Positions 37,726-50,783 are shown, counted from the stretch's first letter. The stretch is 64,000 nucleotides of DNA from Mobula hypostoma (GCF_963921235.1 NC_086097.1:213716001-213780000); one strand, 5' to 3'. Program-made: numbers and translations. Notes: generated by a model not told the origin, from the letters alone.

Positions 37726-38214
37726 TTCAGACCCAGGCCCAGTGGCTTCGTTACACTCTTGGGCTCAGAACCCGAGAGCCTCGGTTCGGCCCATACTCAA
37801 CCTTTTCAATTTGGCCTGGCATATAAACAAACTTCGGCTTGTTCCTTGCTCTCAGTCCTGGGCTCTGCTGCCTTGACACTGCCTCTCCTCAGTTCTGTCA
37901 CCTCCAAGTCCATTCCAGCAGCCAAACATTGTCTCGTTCCCTGCTCTCAGACCCAGCCTCACCACCGCGGTTCGGCCTGTACGTGCCACGCCACAACCGT
38001 CCTGCACCTTTGAGACTTCACTTCAACTGCTAAAATGCCAAGTTGTCCAGGTGGTTGAAAAGCTCAACTCCAAAAAGGCAGTTACAGTCTATTGATTACA
38101 GTGATTGTTTTTGAGAATAAGTTATTAATTAATAGTTCTGTTTGCTGTCAGCAATTCATCGCTGGCTTCACCAGCACCATCTTAACCAGAAATGAGGACA
38201 GGAGTCCATTTTAT

Positions 38215-38445
38215 CACACAAGGGAAGCATTTAATAGCCTTAGAAGAATGGAGTAGAATCTGTCCTTAAGCCTGGTGGTACGTGCTTTCAGCCTTTTGCA
38301 TCTTCTGCCTGATGGAAGAGGGGAGAAGGGAGAATGCCCGCAGTGTGTTGGTTCTTTGACAATGCTGGCTGCTTTACTGAGGCAGCAAGAAGTACATACA
38401 AAGCCCATGGAGTCGAGGCTGGGTTCTGTGATGTGCTGAGTTGTG
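38215..38445 (-). mobile_element. Rex1/Babar 3' fragment
   Basis: CLSKAASIVKEPTHCGHSPFSPLPSGRR...TTRLKDRFY. Confidence 0.8.
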
Positions 38446-38627
38446 ACCCCAACTCTCCGAAGTTTCTTGTGGTCATATGCTACCTCATAGATCATGAGTT
38501 TTGTGCCAAGGTTGAGGTTTTGATCTTCAACTACTTTTTTTCCTCCCTTAACCAAAGGTGGTTCAAGCACATTGAAGGCAATGTTTAATTTTATCAGTAG
38601 CTTCTGTCATCACCAAGGGACATTGCT

Positions 38628-38920
38628 TCAAGATTCAGAGGAGAAGATTTAGGATGGAGATGAGGAGAAACTGTTTTTCCCAGGGAGTGATGAATCTGTG
38701 GAATTCTCTGCCCAGGGAAGCAATGGAGGCTTCCTCACTAAATATATTTAAGAAACAGTTAGATAGGTTTTTACATATTAAGGGAATTAAGGGTTATGGG
38801 GAAAAGGCAGGTAGGTGGAGCTGAGTTTACGGACAGATCAGCCATGATCTTATTGAATGGCGGAGCAGGTTCGATGGGCCAGATAGCCTACTCCTGCTCC
38901 TATTTCTTATGTTTCTTATG
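38628..38920 (+). mobile_element. CR1 3' fragment
   Basis: gatgaatctgtggaattctctgccc (NLWNSLP); 3'UTR gatcagccatgatcttattgaatggcggagcagg; tail ttcttatgtttcttatg. Confidence 0.85.
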
Positions 38921-39059
38921 TAAGAGATGGTCTGCAATTTGCGGGGTTTTTGCTGTGAACATTTATCATTGAAGGGCAGTGGGAGAGGTTGGAAGAGGAT
39001 CTTGCTCTGTAGATGTTAGGTTTAAAGACAATCCTCTTCGATATGTTTTTATATCCTTG

Positions 39060-41336
39060 CCAGGGACTTCAGTCAGGCAAGCTTGAAGAAATCTCTGCTC
39101 ATTTATCATAAGCATATCACCTGCAGCACCAGGGGTCAGAACTCACTTGACCACTGCTACACTACCATCAGGAATGCCTACTGTTCCAGACCTAGACTGC
39201 ATTTTGGGAAATCTAATCATCTGGCTGCACTCCTTCCTGTATACAGGCAGATAATGAAGAGCAAGGAACCAGAGGTAAGGACAACAAAGAGGTTGTCATG
39301 AGAACCAGAGGAGTGGCCATAGCACTGCTTCGAGTTGGTGGACTGGACCATGTTCAAGGACTCATCAGAGAGCCTGAATCAGTACACTATGGTTGTCAGG
39401 GACTTTTCACCGACATTCATAGATAGGTGTTTCCTCACAAAATCATTCAGAGTTTTTCCCAACTAGAAGTCCTGGATGAACCAAGAGATCCACAATCTGC
39501 TGACGGCTACATCAGTGGCATTCTGATCTGGTGACCAAGGAAACGATCAGTGGTCTGGGTACAACCTCTGGATAGACATCTCACATGCAAAATGGTACTT
39601 CCGAACCAAACTTGAATCACAGAAGGATGCTCGACAGCTGTGGCAGGGTTTGAATGCCACAAGATAAAATCAAACAACATATGCTCCCAGGTGAGCTCAA
39701 TGCCTTTTATGCTTGCTTTGACTGACAGAACATGGAGGCAGCTTCACAAGCTCCCACAGCACCCGACAACCCTGAGATTTCAGCCCGAGGCCAAAGTGAA
39801 ACCATCCTTCAAGAGTGTGAAATCACGGAAAGCATCTGGGCCAGACAGTGCAATTGGCCAAGCCCTGAAGATCTGTGCCATTCAGCTGGCTGGAGTGTTT
39901 ACTGACATCTTTAACAGCTTGTTTCAGCCCTCTGAGGTAGGCTTCAAACAAAGGTGCCCAAGAAGAACGTAGTAACCTGCCTCAAGGATTTACATCTGCT
40001 CTGATGAGGAGCCTTGAGAGGCTGGTGATGAAACAAATCAACTCCCGCCTGAGGAGCAACTTGGGTCTGCTCCAATTTGCCTACTGTCACAGCAGGTCTA
40101 CAGCAGATGCCATTCCATTGGCTCTTCACTAAGCACTGGAACACCTGCATAGTGAAGATGCATGCATCAGGATACACTTCATTGGATCCAGCTCTGCATT
40201 CGACACTATCATCCCCTCAAAACTAAACAATAAGCCCCAAGACCTTGGCTTTGATAGCTCCTTGTGCAACAGGACCCTGGATTTCCTCACTTGCAAACTC
40301 CAGCCTGTTCATATTGACAACAACATCTCCACCAACTCCATCAGCATAGGTGCATCAGAAGGATGTGTGGTTAGCCCTTGTCTCTACACCTATGACTGTG
40401 TGGCTAAGCACAGCTCCAATGCCAAGTTTGCTGGTGACGCAACTGTTGTTGGCTGAATCAAGGGTGGTAATGAATCAGCATATAGGAGGGAGATTGAAAA
40501 TCTGGCTGATTGGTGCCACAACATCAACACTCACTCAATAACAACAAAATCAAAGGGCTAATTATTAACTACAGGAGGAGGAAACCAGAGCCAGTCCTCA
40601 CCATGGGTTCGGTGGAGAAGATCAGTAACATTAAATTCCTTGATGTTATCAGTTCAGATGATCTGCCCTGGAACCAGCAAGTAAGAGCCACTATGTGGAA
40701 AGCACAATAGCACCTCTACTTTCTTAGAAGTTTGTGGAGATTCAGCATGATACCTAAAACTTTAATAAACTTCTATAGATGTTCAGAGGAGAGTAACCTG
40801 ACTGGCTGCATTGCTGCCCAGTAAGGAAACGCTAATGCCCATGAATAAAAAAGCCTACAATAAGTGATGGATGCAACCCAATCCATCATGGGTAAAGCCC
40901 TCCCCATCATTGAGAACATCAGGAAAGCAACATCCATCATTAAGGACCCCCAACAACCAGGCCATGCTCTCTTCTCACTGCTGCCATCAGGGAGGAAGTA
41001 CAGGAGCCTTAGGTCCACATCACCAGGTTCAGGAACAGTTATCACTCTTCAACCATCAGGCTCCTGAACCAGAGGGGATAACCACAATCACCACAGCACT
41101 GCACTGATTCTGCAGCTATGGACTCACTTTCAAGGATTCTACAACGCATGTTCTTAATATTTATTTATTTATCATTATTATTTTTTATATGTCTTCTTTT
41201 ACATACTGAATATTTGTCCGTCTCTGATTGCATGTGTTTCTTTGCAACTACTTTGAATGTCAGCAAGAAAATGAATCTCAGGATATTATATGGTGACATA
41301 TACATACCTTGATAATAAGCTTACTTTGAACTTTGA
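39060..41336 (+). mobile_element. Rex1/Babar LINE, 5'-truncated and decayed
   Basis: TCSTRGQNSLDHCY endonuclease motif; RT remnants; PGHALFSLLPSGRKYRSL; tail TTACTTTGAACTTTGA. Confidence 0.9.
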
Positions 41337-41949
41337 TATCTATAACATCACATGAAGGTATGGTACCATACAGCAGTAAGCACCTTTGTATCAGAATATT
41401 CTTCTTGTTCCTAGTTTTGACATCATACAATTCACTTAAACCAGGACGGGAGGGAAACATAATTTTTCCACCTAAATATACTTCTTTCTTATAATGTGCA
41501 GTTGCATTGCATTGCCTTCGCTCACTGAACGAAGCATGTCATTGCATTTGCTTATATCAATGTTACATAATTATATTGATGAATGAAAAGCATTCCATCA
41601 GCAGTTATTGCACAGGACTTAACGCCTCACTGTCCAGTAGCAGGAGGGTCCTGCTCTGCAGTTGTCTGCACCAAGATGCAGTGCGTCGCTCAGCATGGAG
41701 TCTGGCACATTTAGAATGTCTCAGTCTTGTCTGTTTGGTTGCAGACAGCTCCTTGGACGGGAAAATGATCAATTTTCAGGCAGACTAAAGTTGCACTTGT
41801 CTCAGTCTGTATTCCTGGGAGCGATCGATAACCTACAAAGAAAACTTCTATTTCATGTGATCTTTATCTCACACTGTACAGCAATGTGGCAGTGAAAAAC
41901 ACCAAGTGAGAGATCCTCAAGGTAATAGTTTCCACAGATCTTAAGGTAA

Positions 41950-42262
41950 AATAAGGTTAGCTTTATTTGTCACGTGTACTTCAAAACATTGAAGCATACA
42001 GTGAAATGCTTCATTTATGTCAATTCAAATCAGTGAGGATTGTGCTGGGCAGCCCACAAGAATCGCCAGGCTTCTAGCAGCAATGTAGCATACTCACAAC
42101 TGACTAACCCTAACCCATACTTCTTTGGGATGTGGGTGGAAACTGGAACACTCCGGCAGGCATAGGGAGAATGTATAAACTCCTTACCGACAGTGACAGA
42201 AATCCAACACTGATCAGTGATCATTGGCGCTCTAATAGTGTTATGCTGACCACTAATCTACC
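41950..42262 (-). mobile_element. tRNA-derived V-SINE-like element
   Basis: The minus strand has a tRNA-like head, then gtaaggagtttatacattctccc...cccacatcccaaaga.gta.gggttagggttag, homologous to 20308-20400. Confidence 0.65.
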
Positions 42263-42618
42263 AAGTCACTACCTCTACAATATTCAATTGGCATATTCAG
42301 TTATAACACCAACTACACATTTGCCATAAGGTTGCCTGATGAAACACTTTGTCACAGGTACATTGGCCGTGCAGTATGTAAACTGAACTGGTGGGTACGC
42401 TGACAATATTTCTGATACAGGATATTTTACTTTTTCTCTGTTTTCACACACAATATTAAGTTAGTTTAACTACTTCTATTCACACAGAATGAGGCATTCT
42501 AGCCCATGAGCTGGTACCATCTCCTGTAGAACAATCCTGTCAGACCCTCTCTTTCACTTCCTAATAGCTTCCCTCAGATGCTTATTTCATCCTAAATAAC
42601 TCTGTTTCCATCACTCCC

Positions 42619-42866
42619 TGATGCACTATCATTTACTCCAAAAGACTGGAGGTAGAGTGAATACTGAAAGGCTTTTATTAATAGTAAATGGTCCAACGTC
42701 CATGCTCATGCTGGAGTATCTGTCCTGGACTGAGGGAGGAGCAGTGGCACAATCGCCTTTATTCAGGGGTCTGTGGGAGGAGCCACAGGAGCAGTCAGCA
42801 GAGGGGCGTGTCCAGGCATGTCCAGACAGGTAACCCAGTTACAACATATATATATGGTTTACCACA
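42619..42866 (-). mobile_element. Solo LTR (248 bp)
   Basis: TG...CA termini; 5-bp TSD CTCCC (42614-42618 and 42867-42871); AATAAA on the minus strand at about 42675-42680. Confidence 0.8.
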
Positions 42867-43009
42867 CTCCCACAAGCCAAAAGCTATTTCTATGTAAAAA
42901 AAAACTTTCCTCACACACTTCCTGAATATTGTGCCGATTACTCTGAATCTGCATTCCAGTCCTTGATTAATTTGCTATTGACAGCTCTTTATTTCTGTTT
43001 ATCCTAGCC

Positions 43010-43425
43010 ACTGGACTGGGGGGCTTGAGTTATACAGAGAGATTGGATAGATAGGGATTGTTTACCCAGGTGCCAAGGAGCCTGAGAGGTGACTTGATAA
43101 AAGTGTATAAAATTATGAGAGGCATAGATCGGGTTGATGTCCAATATCCACTCCATAGGTTTATGGTAAGAGGGAGGAGGTTTAAAAAGGAATTGAGGGG
43201 AATTTCTTTTTGTGTAAAGACTAGTTAGTAGCTGCCAGAGGAGGAGGTGGAGGTAGGAACAGTAACCATTTCAAAGGTATTTGGACGAGTACTCGATCGA
43301 CGAGAGTATAAAAAGATGTAGAATGAATGCAGGCAAATGTGATTTATATACATTGGCTTGATGGTCAGCATAGATGTGGTGGACTGAAGGGATAATTTCT
43401 ATATTGTGCAACTTTATGACTTCAA
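43010..43425 (+). mobile_element. CR1 3' fragment
   Basis: LSYTERLDR.GLF...LRGDLIKVYKIMRGIDRV. Confidence 0.8.
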
Positions 43426-43499
43426 CTCCAAAACCTGTGTTGCTGCTTAACAAGTTAACAGCCCATGATATTACAGAAAAGATACTAGCATAGATAGTA

Positions 43500-44606
43500 G
43501 GAGACAAAGAGTGGGAATAATGGAACTTTTTCTAGTTGGCTGCCGGTGACTAGCGGTGCTCCAAATGGGGTCCGTGTTGGGACTGCTTCTTTTTACATTA
43601 CATGTCAATGATTTTGATAATGGCTTTGTTGCCAACTTTGCAGATGATATAAAGATAGGTGGTGGTGGGAGGAGGGGGAGGTAGTTTTGGGGATGTAGAG
43701 AAGCTACAGAAGGACTTAGATTAGGAGAATGGGCAAAGATGTGGCAGATGGAAAACAGTGTTGGGAATTATAGGGTCATGTACCTTGGTAGAAGAAATAA
43801 AAGCATAGACTATTTTCTAAATGGAGAGAAAATCCAAAAATTTGAGGGACAAAGGGATTCAGCAGTCCTCATGCAGGATTCCCTGAAGGTTAATTTGCAG
43901 CTTGAGCCAGTGGTGAGGAAAGCAAATGCAATGTTAGCATTCATTTTGAGAGGATTAGGATAAAAAGACAATGATACAATTTTGACGCTTTATTTTGAGC
44001 ACTTGTGAGGCCTCACGGAGTATTGCAAACAATTTTGAGCCCCTTACCTAAGAAAGGAAGTGCTGACATTGGTCAGGGTTCAAAGGAGGTTTTCAAAAAT
44101 GATTCCGGGATTGAAAGGTTTGTCATTTGAGGAGTTTTTGATGGCTCTGAGCCTGTACTCACTGGAATTCAGAACAATGAGGGGGAATCTCAATATGCGT
44201 ATGTTGAAAGGCCTCGATATAGTGGATGTGGAGAGTGTTCCCTATGGAAGGGAGTCTAACACCAGAAGACATGGCCATAGAATAGACGGATGTCAATTTA
44301 GAAGGGAGATAAGTAGGAATTTCTTTAGAATGGTGGATCTGTGGAATTCATTGCCAAAGGCAGCAGTGGAGGCCAAGTCATTGGGTATATTTAAGGCAGA
44401 GGTTGATAGATTTGTGATTAGGTCAGGGCGTGAAGGGATACGGGAAGAAGGCAGGAGATTGGGGTGAGGGGGAATGGATCAGCCATAAAGAAATGGTGGA
44501 GCAGTCTCAAGTCATAGTCATAGTCATAGTTATACTTTATTGATCCCAGGGGAAATTGGTTAAATGGCCCAAGTGGCCTAATTCTGCTTCTGTATCTTAT
44601 GGTCTT
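43500..44606 (+). mobile_element. CR1 RT/3' fragment with a tiny Rex1 tail inserted at about 44510-44561
   Basis: FADD box and ORF 44060-44467 (RVQRRFSKMIPGLKGLSFEE...LWNSLP); tail tcttatggtctt. Confidence 0.9.
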
Positions 44607-44915
44607 CTAGTCTAATAAGACAATAACACCTTAGTCCAAAAATTGCAAAAGAGATGTTGGCATAAAAATATTTTTTACTTTGGGATCAAGTTTTCAAAAT
44701 CAAAATCATGGAATGCAGAATTGTTTAAATTGAAAAGAATATCGAAAGTTAAATTATTGTCATTTCCAGCGCAAAATAATCATGGATACTTGCCTCATTA
44801 TCCAGACCTTAGGATGGGATGTTCAAGTTGCAGGAAGTTAAGATATTACAATGTTTTTTGGATGTCGTGCACTCTCACTCCAATACACAATTAGTTCTTC
44901 AGCTTCCTTATCGCC

Positions 44916-45380
44916 AAGGAGATTTACAAGGATGTTGCCAGGGTTGTAGGGCGTACCTTATGAGAACAGGTTGAGTGAAGTTGGTCTTTTCTCCTTGGAG
45001 TGATGGAGGATGAGAGATGACCTGATAGAAGTGTATAAGATGATGTGTGGCATTGATCGTGTGGATAGCCAGAGTCTTGTTTCCAGGGCTGAAAGGGTGC
45101 ATATTTTTAAGGTGCTTGGAAATAGGTACCGAGGAGATGTCAGGGGTACGTTTTTCACACAGAGAGTGGTGGGTTCGTGGAATGCACTGCCAGCGGCGGT
45201 GGTGGAAACGGATACAATAGGGTCTTTTAAGAGCCTTTTAGACAGGTACACGGAGCTTAGAAAAATAGAGAGCTATGCGCTAGGGAAATTCTAGGCAGTC
45301 TCTAGAGTAGGTTACATGGTTGGCACAACATTGTGAGCCAAAGGGCCTGTAATGTGCTGTAAATTTCTGTGTCTATGTTC
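44916..45380 (+). mobile_element. CR1 3' fragment, same family as the 13.8 and 27 kb copies
   Basis: MRDDLIEVYKMM.GIDRVDSQ...FFTQRVV..WNALP, nearly identical to 27260-27725. Confidence 0.92.
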
Positions 45381-45699
45381 TTAATGTTGCCTTCCAGCAT
45401 GACAGCATGAGTGTTAACCTATCCTCTGTGGTTTTAAAGCTAGGAGCATTTTTCTCTCTTTTGAAAATATGCACAGAAAATATTATGATATGGATCAAAA
45501 TTGCAAACTTTTCTTGGATTGTAGCTGCCATTTTCTATGATATATTAAAGTTCATCAGGAAACGTCTTGTCAGCAATTACATCAGCACTGGAGACCTTTC
45601 CCAGAATTTTCATGTTCTTTACTGAATATCTATTCTTGAATCAGTACATTCAACCATAAGAAGCCTTAAAGTCATGCTCTTTCTTCACTTCTTCCTCAA

Positions 45700-46190
45700 C
45701 ACCATTTCAACATTTAAGAGAAGATTGGATAGGTGCCTAAATATGATGGGTATGGAAGACTATGGTCCCTGTGCAGGTCAATGAGACTAAGCAGTTTAAA
45801 TGGTTTGGCATGGACACCTCTTTCTGTGCTGTACTTCTCTACGACTCTATGACTATGCAGGTTTAAGGCTTTCTACTGAACATGGGCTAAGTTGTGCTTA
45901 GGTTGTTAAATCCTCATATCCACACAGCAAGCATACATTCCATATGGTCCATCATCACACTTCTTTCTCTTTTTAATGCAAAATTATTACTTTTCGTATT
46001 TATTTCACAGTTCATATACAGATACATTGGGGGCATTTATAGAGATTCTTAGGTAGGGGCATGGATAATAGTAACTGGAGGGCTATGTAGGAGGGAAAGG
46101 TTAGATTGATCTTAGAGTAGCTTCAAAGGTTGGCATAACATTGTGGGCTGAAGATCCTTACTACGTTGTAGTGCTTTATTCTCTATGCTC
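45700..46190 (+). mobile_element. Two short CR1 3'-tail remnants (about 45700-45856 and 46030-46190)
   Basis: The first matches 35255-35420; the second ends ggcataacattgtgggctgaag...ctctatgctcta. Confidence 0.65.
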
Positions 46191-47607
46191 TAAGTTCATG
46201 TCTTCATGAAATAAACAACTCACATACTGTTTCTTGGTTTTATCTACTACCCCATTACCTTTTGCGCTAATATTACTTGGCAAACATCATTGCGATGCAA
46301 GGAATACGTTTATATGTGGTGATTATGCCACAAAAGAGCACTTCTATAGTCAACAATTGAGAGATGTATTGGGTGGTTCACCAAGATGGTGACTTTTCCA
46401 ATTTCCATTTAGACTGATACATTAGTTCCATGTTGGAACCCTCCTATTAAAAAGAAGAACCTGATACATTTTTAATGGAAAATAATTTTCTGACCTATAG
46501 GAAAAATGAGCATAATTGGATTCTTTTCTCAAAGGAGAAGCAGAACAGTGAAGATTTTGGTGACATTCTACAGACTAGAAATCCTATCACAGAAGTCTGA
46601 CAAAGATGAAGATAAGCTTAATACAGGAAAGAGCAATTTTGCACTTTTCTGGGTGTATGAGCACCTGTCAGGAAATTTGTCTCCTTATTTTCCCACTAGG
46701 TTTTTAATATGTTGTGTCATCTTTTCACTCATGAGACTACCCTAAATATCATCAAAAATAAAGCAACATAGCAAATTCATCTGCAATCTGATTTTCACCA
46801 TCACTGGTCTGGAAAACAATAGTTGTTAACCACTCACAGAGTAACCTTGAGATGGTGCTATTTAAAGGACCGACAGACATGCAGCATCCTTTATTGTCAA
46901 TGAGGTCTGTGACCTTCTACGACATTAAATATAAACTCAGACATGTGTCTGGAATGTTTTACCGGTGGAGATCAATGCTGTGCTCTCAGCTGCCTAGCGT
47001 CAGGATTACTCCAGGTTCCTGCAGCTGATTCCTTCCAGCTCTCGCAGTTTGATTCTCACTGCTGCTTTAATTAGATTAGCCAACACCATACTCATGGAGA
47101 TGTGAGTTCATTTACTTTTCCTTCAGCCCACAAGAGCATTTGGATTGACGGGGCAGATTTCTGCATCCACAAAATGCAGGCATTGATGAAAATTGTTGGA
47201 CGACCTCCCTAGCAAATCTTCGCCGGTTGCTTGAGTTTCTAGTTCTGGAGGGTGTCCATGATCCCTGTGTACAAATAATAATGTTCTGTAGGTGCTGTTA
47301 TTTACATGCCTGTCCAGGATCCATTGACAACATTCCATCATTATCCTCCCATTACAACCACTTCCATTCATTCAGTAGCAACACTTTGTTATTGCTAGAA
47401 GAGTGTTGTTCTTTAAATGCTATATCCCTCTCTAAGAATTGGCCATAAAGGTTGATCTAGCTGAGTTACATAGTGATGACTCCAAGGACTTTCAACAAAT
47501 AGTCAATGGGGAACACCTCAATGAAATGATGGAGTCCGCATAATGTCACAAAGGAGAGGTGACAATTTTGTTCTGCAAATCTTACTATTCAGGTTTTCTC
47601 TTTTTGT

Positions 47608-47935
47608 CACAAACAAGAGAAAATCTGCAGATGCTGGAAATCTGAGCAACACACACAAAATGCTGGAGGAACTCAGCAGGCCAGGCAACAACTATGCAAA
47701 AAAGCACAGTCGACGTTTCCGGCCGAATCTATTTCTTTCCTTCATCCCTCCCCCTCCAAGTTTCCCCTACCACCTGGTGTTTTTCTCTCTCCCCTCCCCC
47801 CACCTTGAAAATCTACTCTTCAGCTTTTTCTCCCCCAGTCCTGATGAAGTGTTTTGGCCCAAAACATCGTCTGTACTTTTTTTTTCCATAGATGCTGCCT
47901 GGTCTGCTGAGTTCCTACAGCATTTTGTGTGTGTT
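47608..47935. mobile_element. Palindromic Penelope-derived element with two opposed hammerhead-bearing repeats
   Basis: acacacaaaatgctggaggaactcagcaggccaggca...agtcgacgtttc is the reverse complement of agtcctgatgaag...tgcctggtctgctgagttcctacagcattttgtgtgt. Confidence 0.85.
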
Positions 47936-48079
47936 TTTCTCTCTTTATGTTGCTTTTACAAACAGTTTTAATATGACCCATGACACTTTTAACAAAAAAA
48001 GGGTGGCGTAGTTACTCGAATTATAATTCTGTTCTCTCTATCTACCTCTCTTTTTCAGCTTGTTATGTTTCTTATATTA

Positions 48080-49795
48080 TAAAGGCAAGATGGCACAACC
48101 ATGTCTAACAAGGGAAGTCAAAGCCAACAAAAAAGTCAAAGATAGGGCATATAATAGAGCAAAAAATAGTGCAAAATTAGAGGATTAGGAAGCTTTTAAA
48201 AACCAACAGAAGGCAACTCACAAAGGTTTGAAGGTAGATAAGTCAGTTGGACCAGATGGCATACACCCCGGGGTTCTGAAAGAGGTGGCTGAAGAGACTG
48301 TGGAAGCATTAGTAAAGATCTTTCAGGAATCACTGGATTCTGGAATAGTTCCAGAAGACTGGAAATTTGCAAATGTTACTCCACTCTTCAAGAAGGGAGA
48401 GAGGCAGAGGAAAAGAAATTGCAGGCCAGTTAGTCTGACCTCAGTGGTTGGGAAGATGTTGGAGCTGATGGTTAAGGATATGGTTTCACGGTACTTGTAG
48501 GCACATGATGCAATTGGCCGTAGTCAGCATGGTTTCCTCAAGGGAAAATCTTGCCTGACATATCTGTTGGAATTATTTGAAAAAATAACAAACAAGATAG
48601 ACAAAGGAGAATTGGTTGATATGTACTTGGATTTTCAGAAGGCTTTTGACAAAGTGCCACACATGAGGTCGCTTAACAAGCTACGAGTCTATGGTATTAC
48701 AGGAAAGATCCTAGCATGGATAAAGCAGTGGCTGATTGGAAGAAGGCAAAGAGTAGGAATAAAGAAAGCCTTTGCTGGTTGGCTGCTGATGACTAGTGAT
48801 GTTCCACAAGGCTCTGTGTTGGGCCTGATTCATTTTACATTATACATCAATGATTTGGATGATGAAACTGGTGGCTTTGTTGCAAAGTTTGCAGACGATA
48901 CGAAGCCAGGTAGAGGGGCAGGCAGTTTTGAGGAAGTAGAGAGGCTACAGAAGGACTTAGACAGATTAGAAGAATGGCCAAAGAAGTGGCAGATGGAACA
49001 CAGTGTTGGGGTGTATGGTCATGCACTTTGGTAGAAAAAATGAAAGGGTTGACAATTTTCTAAAAAGAGAGAAAATACAAAAATCTAAGGTACAAAGGGA
49101 CTTGGAAGCCCTTGTGCAGGATTCCCTAAATTAACTTTCAGGCTGAGTCTGTGGTGAAGAAGGCAAATGTGATGGTGGCACTCACTTCAAGAGGACTAGA
49201 ATATAAAGGAAAGAATGCAGTGTTGAGACTTTATAAAGCACTGGTGAGGCACTTGGAGTATTGTGAACATCTTAGGGCCCCATATCTTAGAAAGGATGTG
49301 CTGAAACAGGAGAGGGTTCACAAAAATGATTCCAGGATTAAACAGCTTGTCATACGACGAGTGTTTGATAACTCTGGGCCTGTATTCACTTGAATTCAGA
49401 AGAATGAGAGGCGACTTCATTGAAACCTATCGAATGGTGAAAGGCCTTGATAGAGTGGATGTGGAGAGAATGTTTCCTCTGGTGGGAACATCTAAGTCCA
49501 AACAACTAAGCCTCAGAATAGAGGGGCATCCTTTTAGAACAGAGATAAGAGGAGTTCCTTTAGCCAGAAAATGGTGAATCTGTGGAATCTGTTGCCACAG
49601 GCAGCTGTGGAGGCCAAGTCTTTATGTATATTTATGGCAGAGGTTAATAGATTTTGATCGGTTAGGGTATGAAGGGATATAAAAGGAGGCAGAAGATTAG
49701 GGCTGAGAGGAAAAATGGATCAGCCATGATAAAATGGCGGAACAGACTCGACAGGCCAAATGGCCTAATTCTGTTGATATATCTTATGGTCTTAT
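48080..49795 (+). mobile_element. CR1 ORF2 RT/3' portion, decayed, with an internal deletion near 48222
   Basis: ORFs 48228-48500 (GPDGIHP..LKE, PEDWK.ANVTPLFKKG) and 48567-49034 (DFQKAFDKVPH, PQGSVLG, FADDTK); tail tcttatggtcttat. Confidence 0.95.
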
Positions 49796-50783
49796 ATATT
49801 GAGCTACTTAGCAGAAGGAAAAATTACAGGTCACAAGCAAACTTTTCCTAATGATCTAAACTTGGTGCAGGGTACAAGGGCATAGTGTTTCAAAGGATGT
49901 GAGAATAAATTTTTATAATCAAGACTTGGGCTCTTTTTTAGTCATTTTTTTCCACCTCATTTCTTGATTGAACCAGTCCTTCCTCAAGAAGTTATGTCCA
50001 TTCTGCTCTGTCCAATCCTCCATTAGCAGCTACTTGATACCTGTGAGGCACATGGAAATGCAAATTCATGCATGGTCACAGATAGTATACTATACTAACC
50101 TTGGCTATTAATTCTCTCATAACGCATATGATCATTGCTTAATTAATTAACACAAGCTATTACTATCTTTTAGCTTATTAATATTCACCTAAATACACAG
50201 CCAATGACATCCTTATGGCACGCAAGGGACCTATCCGCCGCATGTAGAACATGTCATTATACTTGTTCAATGCATAATACATTAATCTTTATTTATTATA
50301 ACTTTGCACTGACATTGATGCCAGCTCAACGGCATTGATTTAATCCTTTTGTGCCTTGCTGGTGCTGAAATTTATTCCATTTATCTTCTGTAGCTGTGTT
50401 GAAATTAACATTGGATTCCACTAGGCAACCTATTCAGGCCCTGGCTGTAATCTGACAATGAAACTAATGGAAATGTATTTGCTGTTGTAAAATATTAACT
50501 GCAATTTTACAATAGACATGTGTCCAAAGGCTGATCTAATGACCATCATTTGCCTTCCTGTTAGCAGATGATTACTCGTGATGGGCTCCCGGTGTTGTAT
50601 GAAACCATGTTCTGAATTTGTGCTGGTCTCCTGCATGCTCCTTGTCATCTCATGCAGGTGTCTGACAGGCATGACAATTCACGAGGTATCTCATTCTTTA
50701 CATACATCAGCTATTTGCTGCAAGCGACATTGAGGCCCTCATCTAAATAGCTGCAGCAGAACTCACATAAAGTCATGTCTTCC

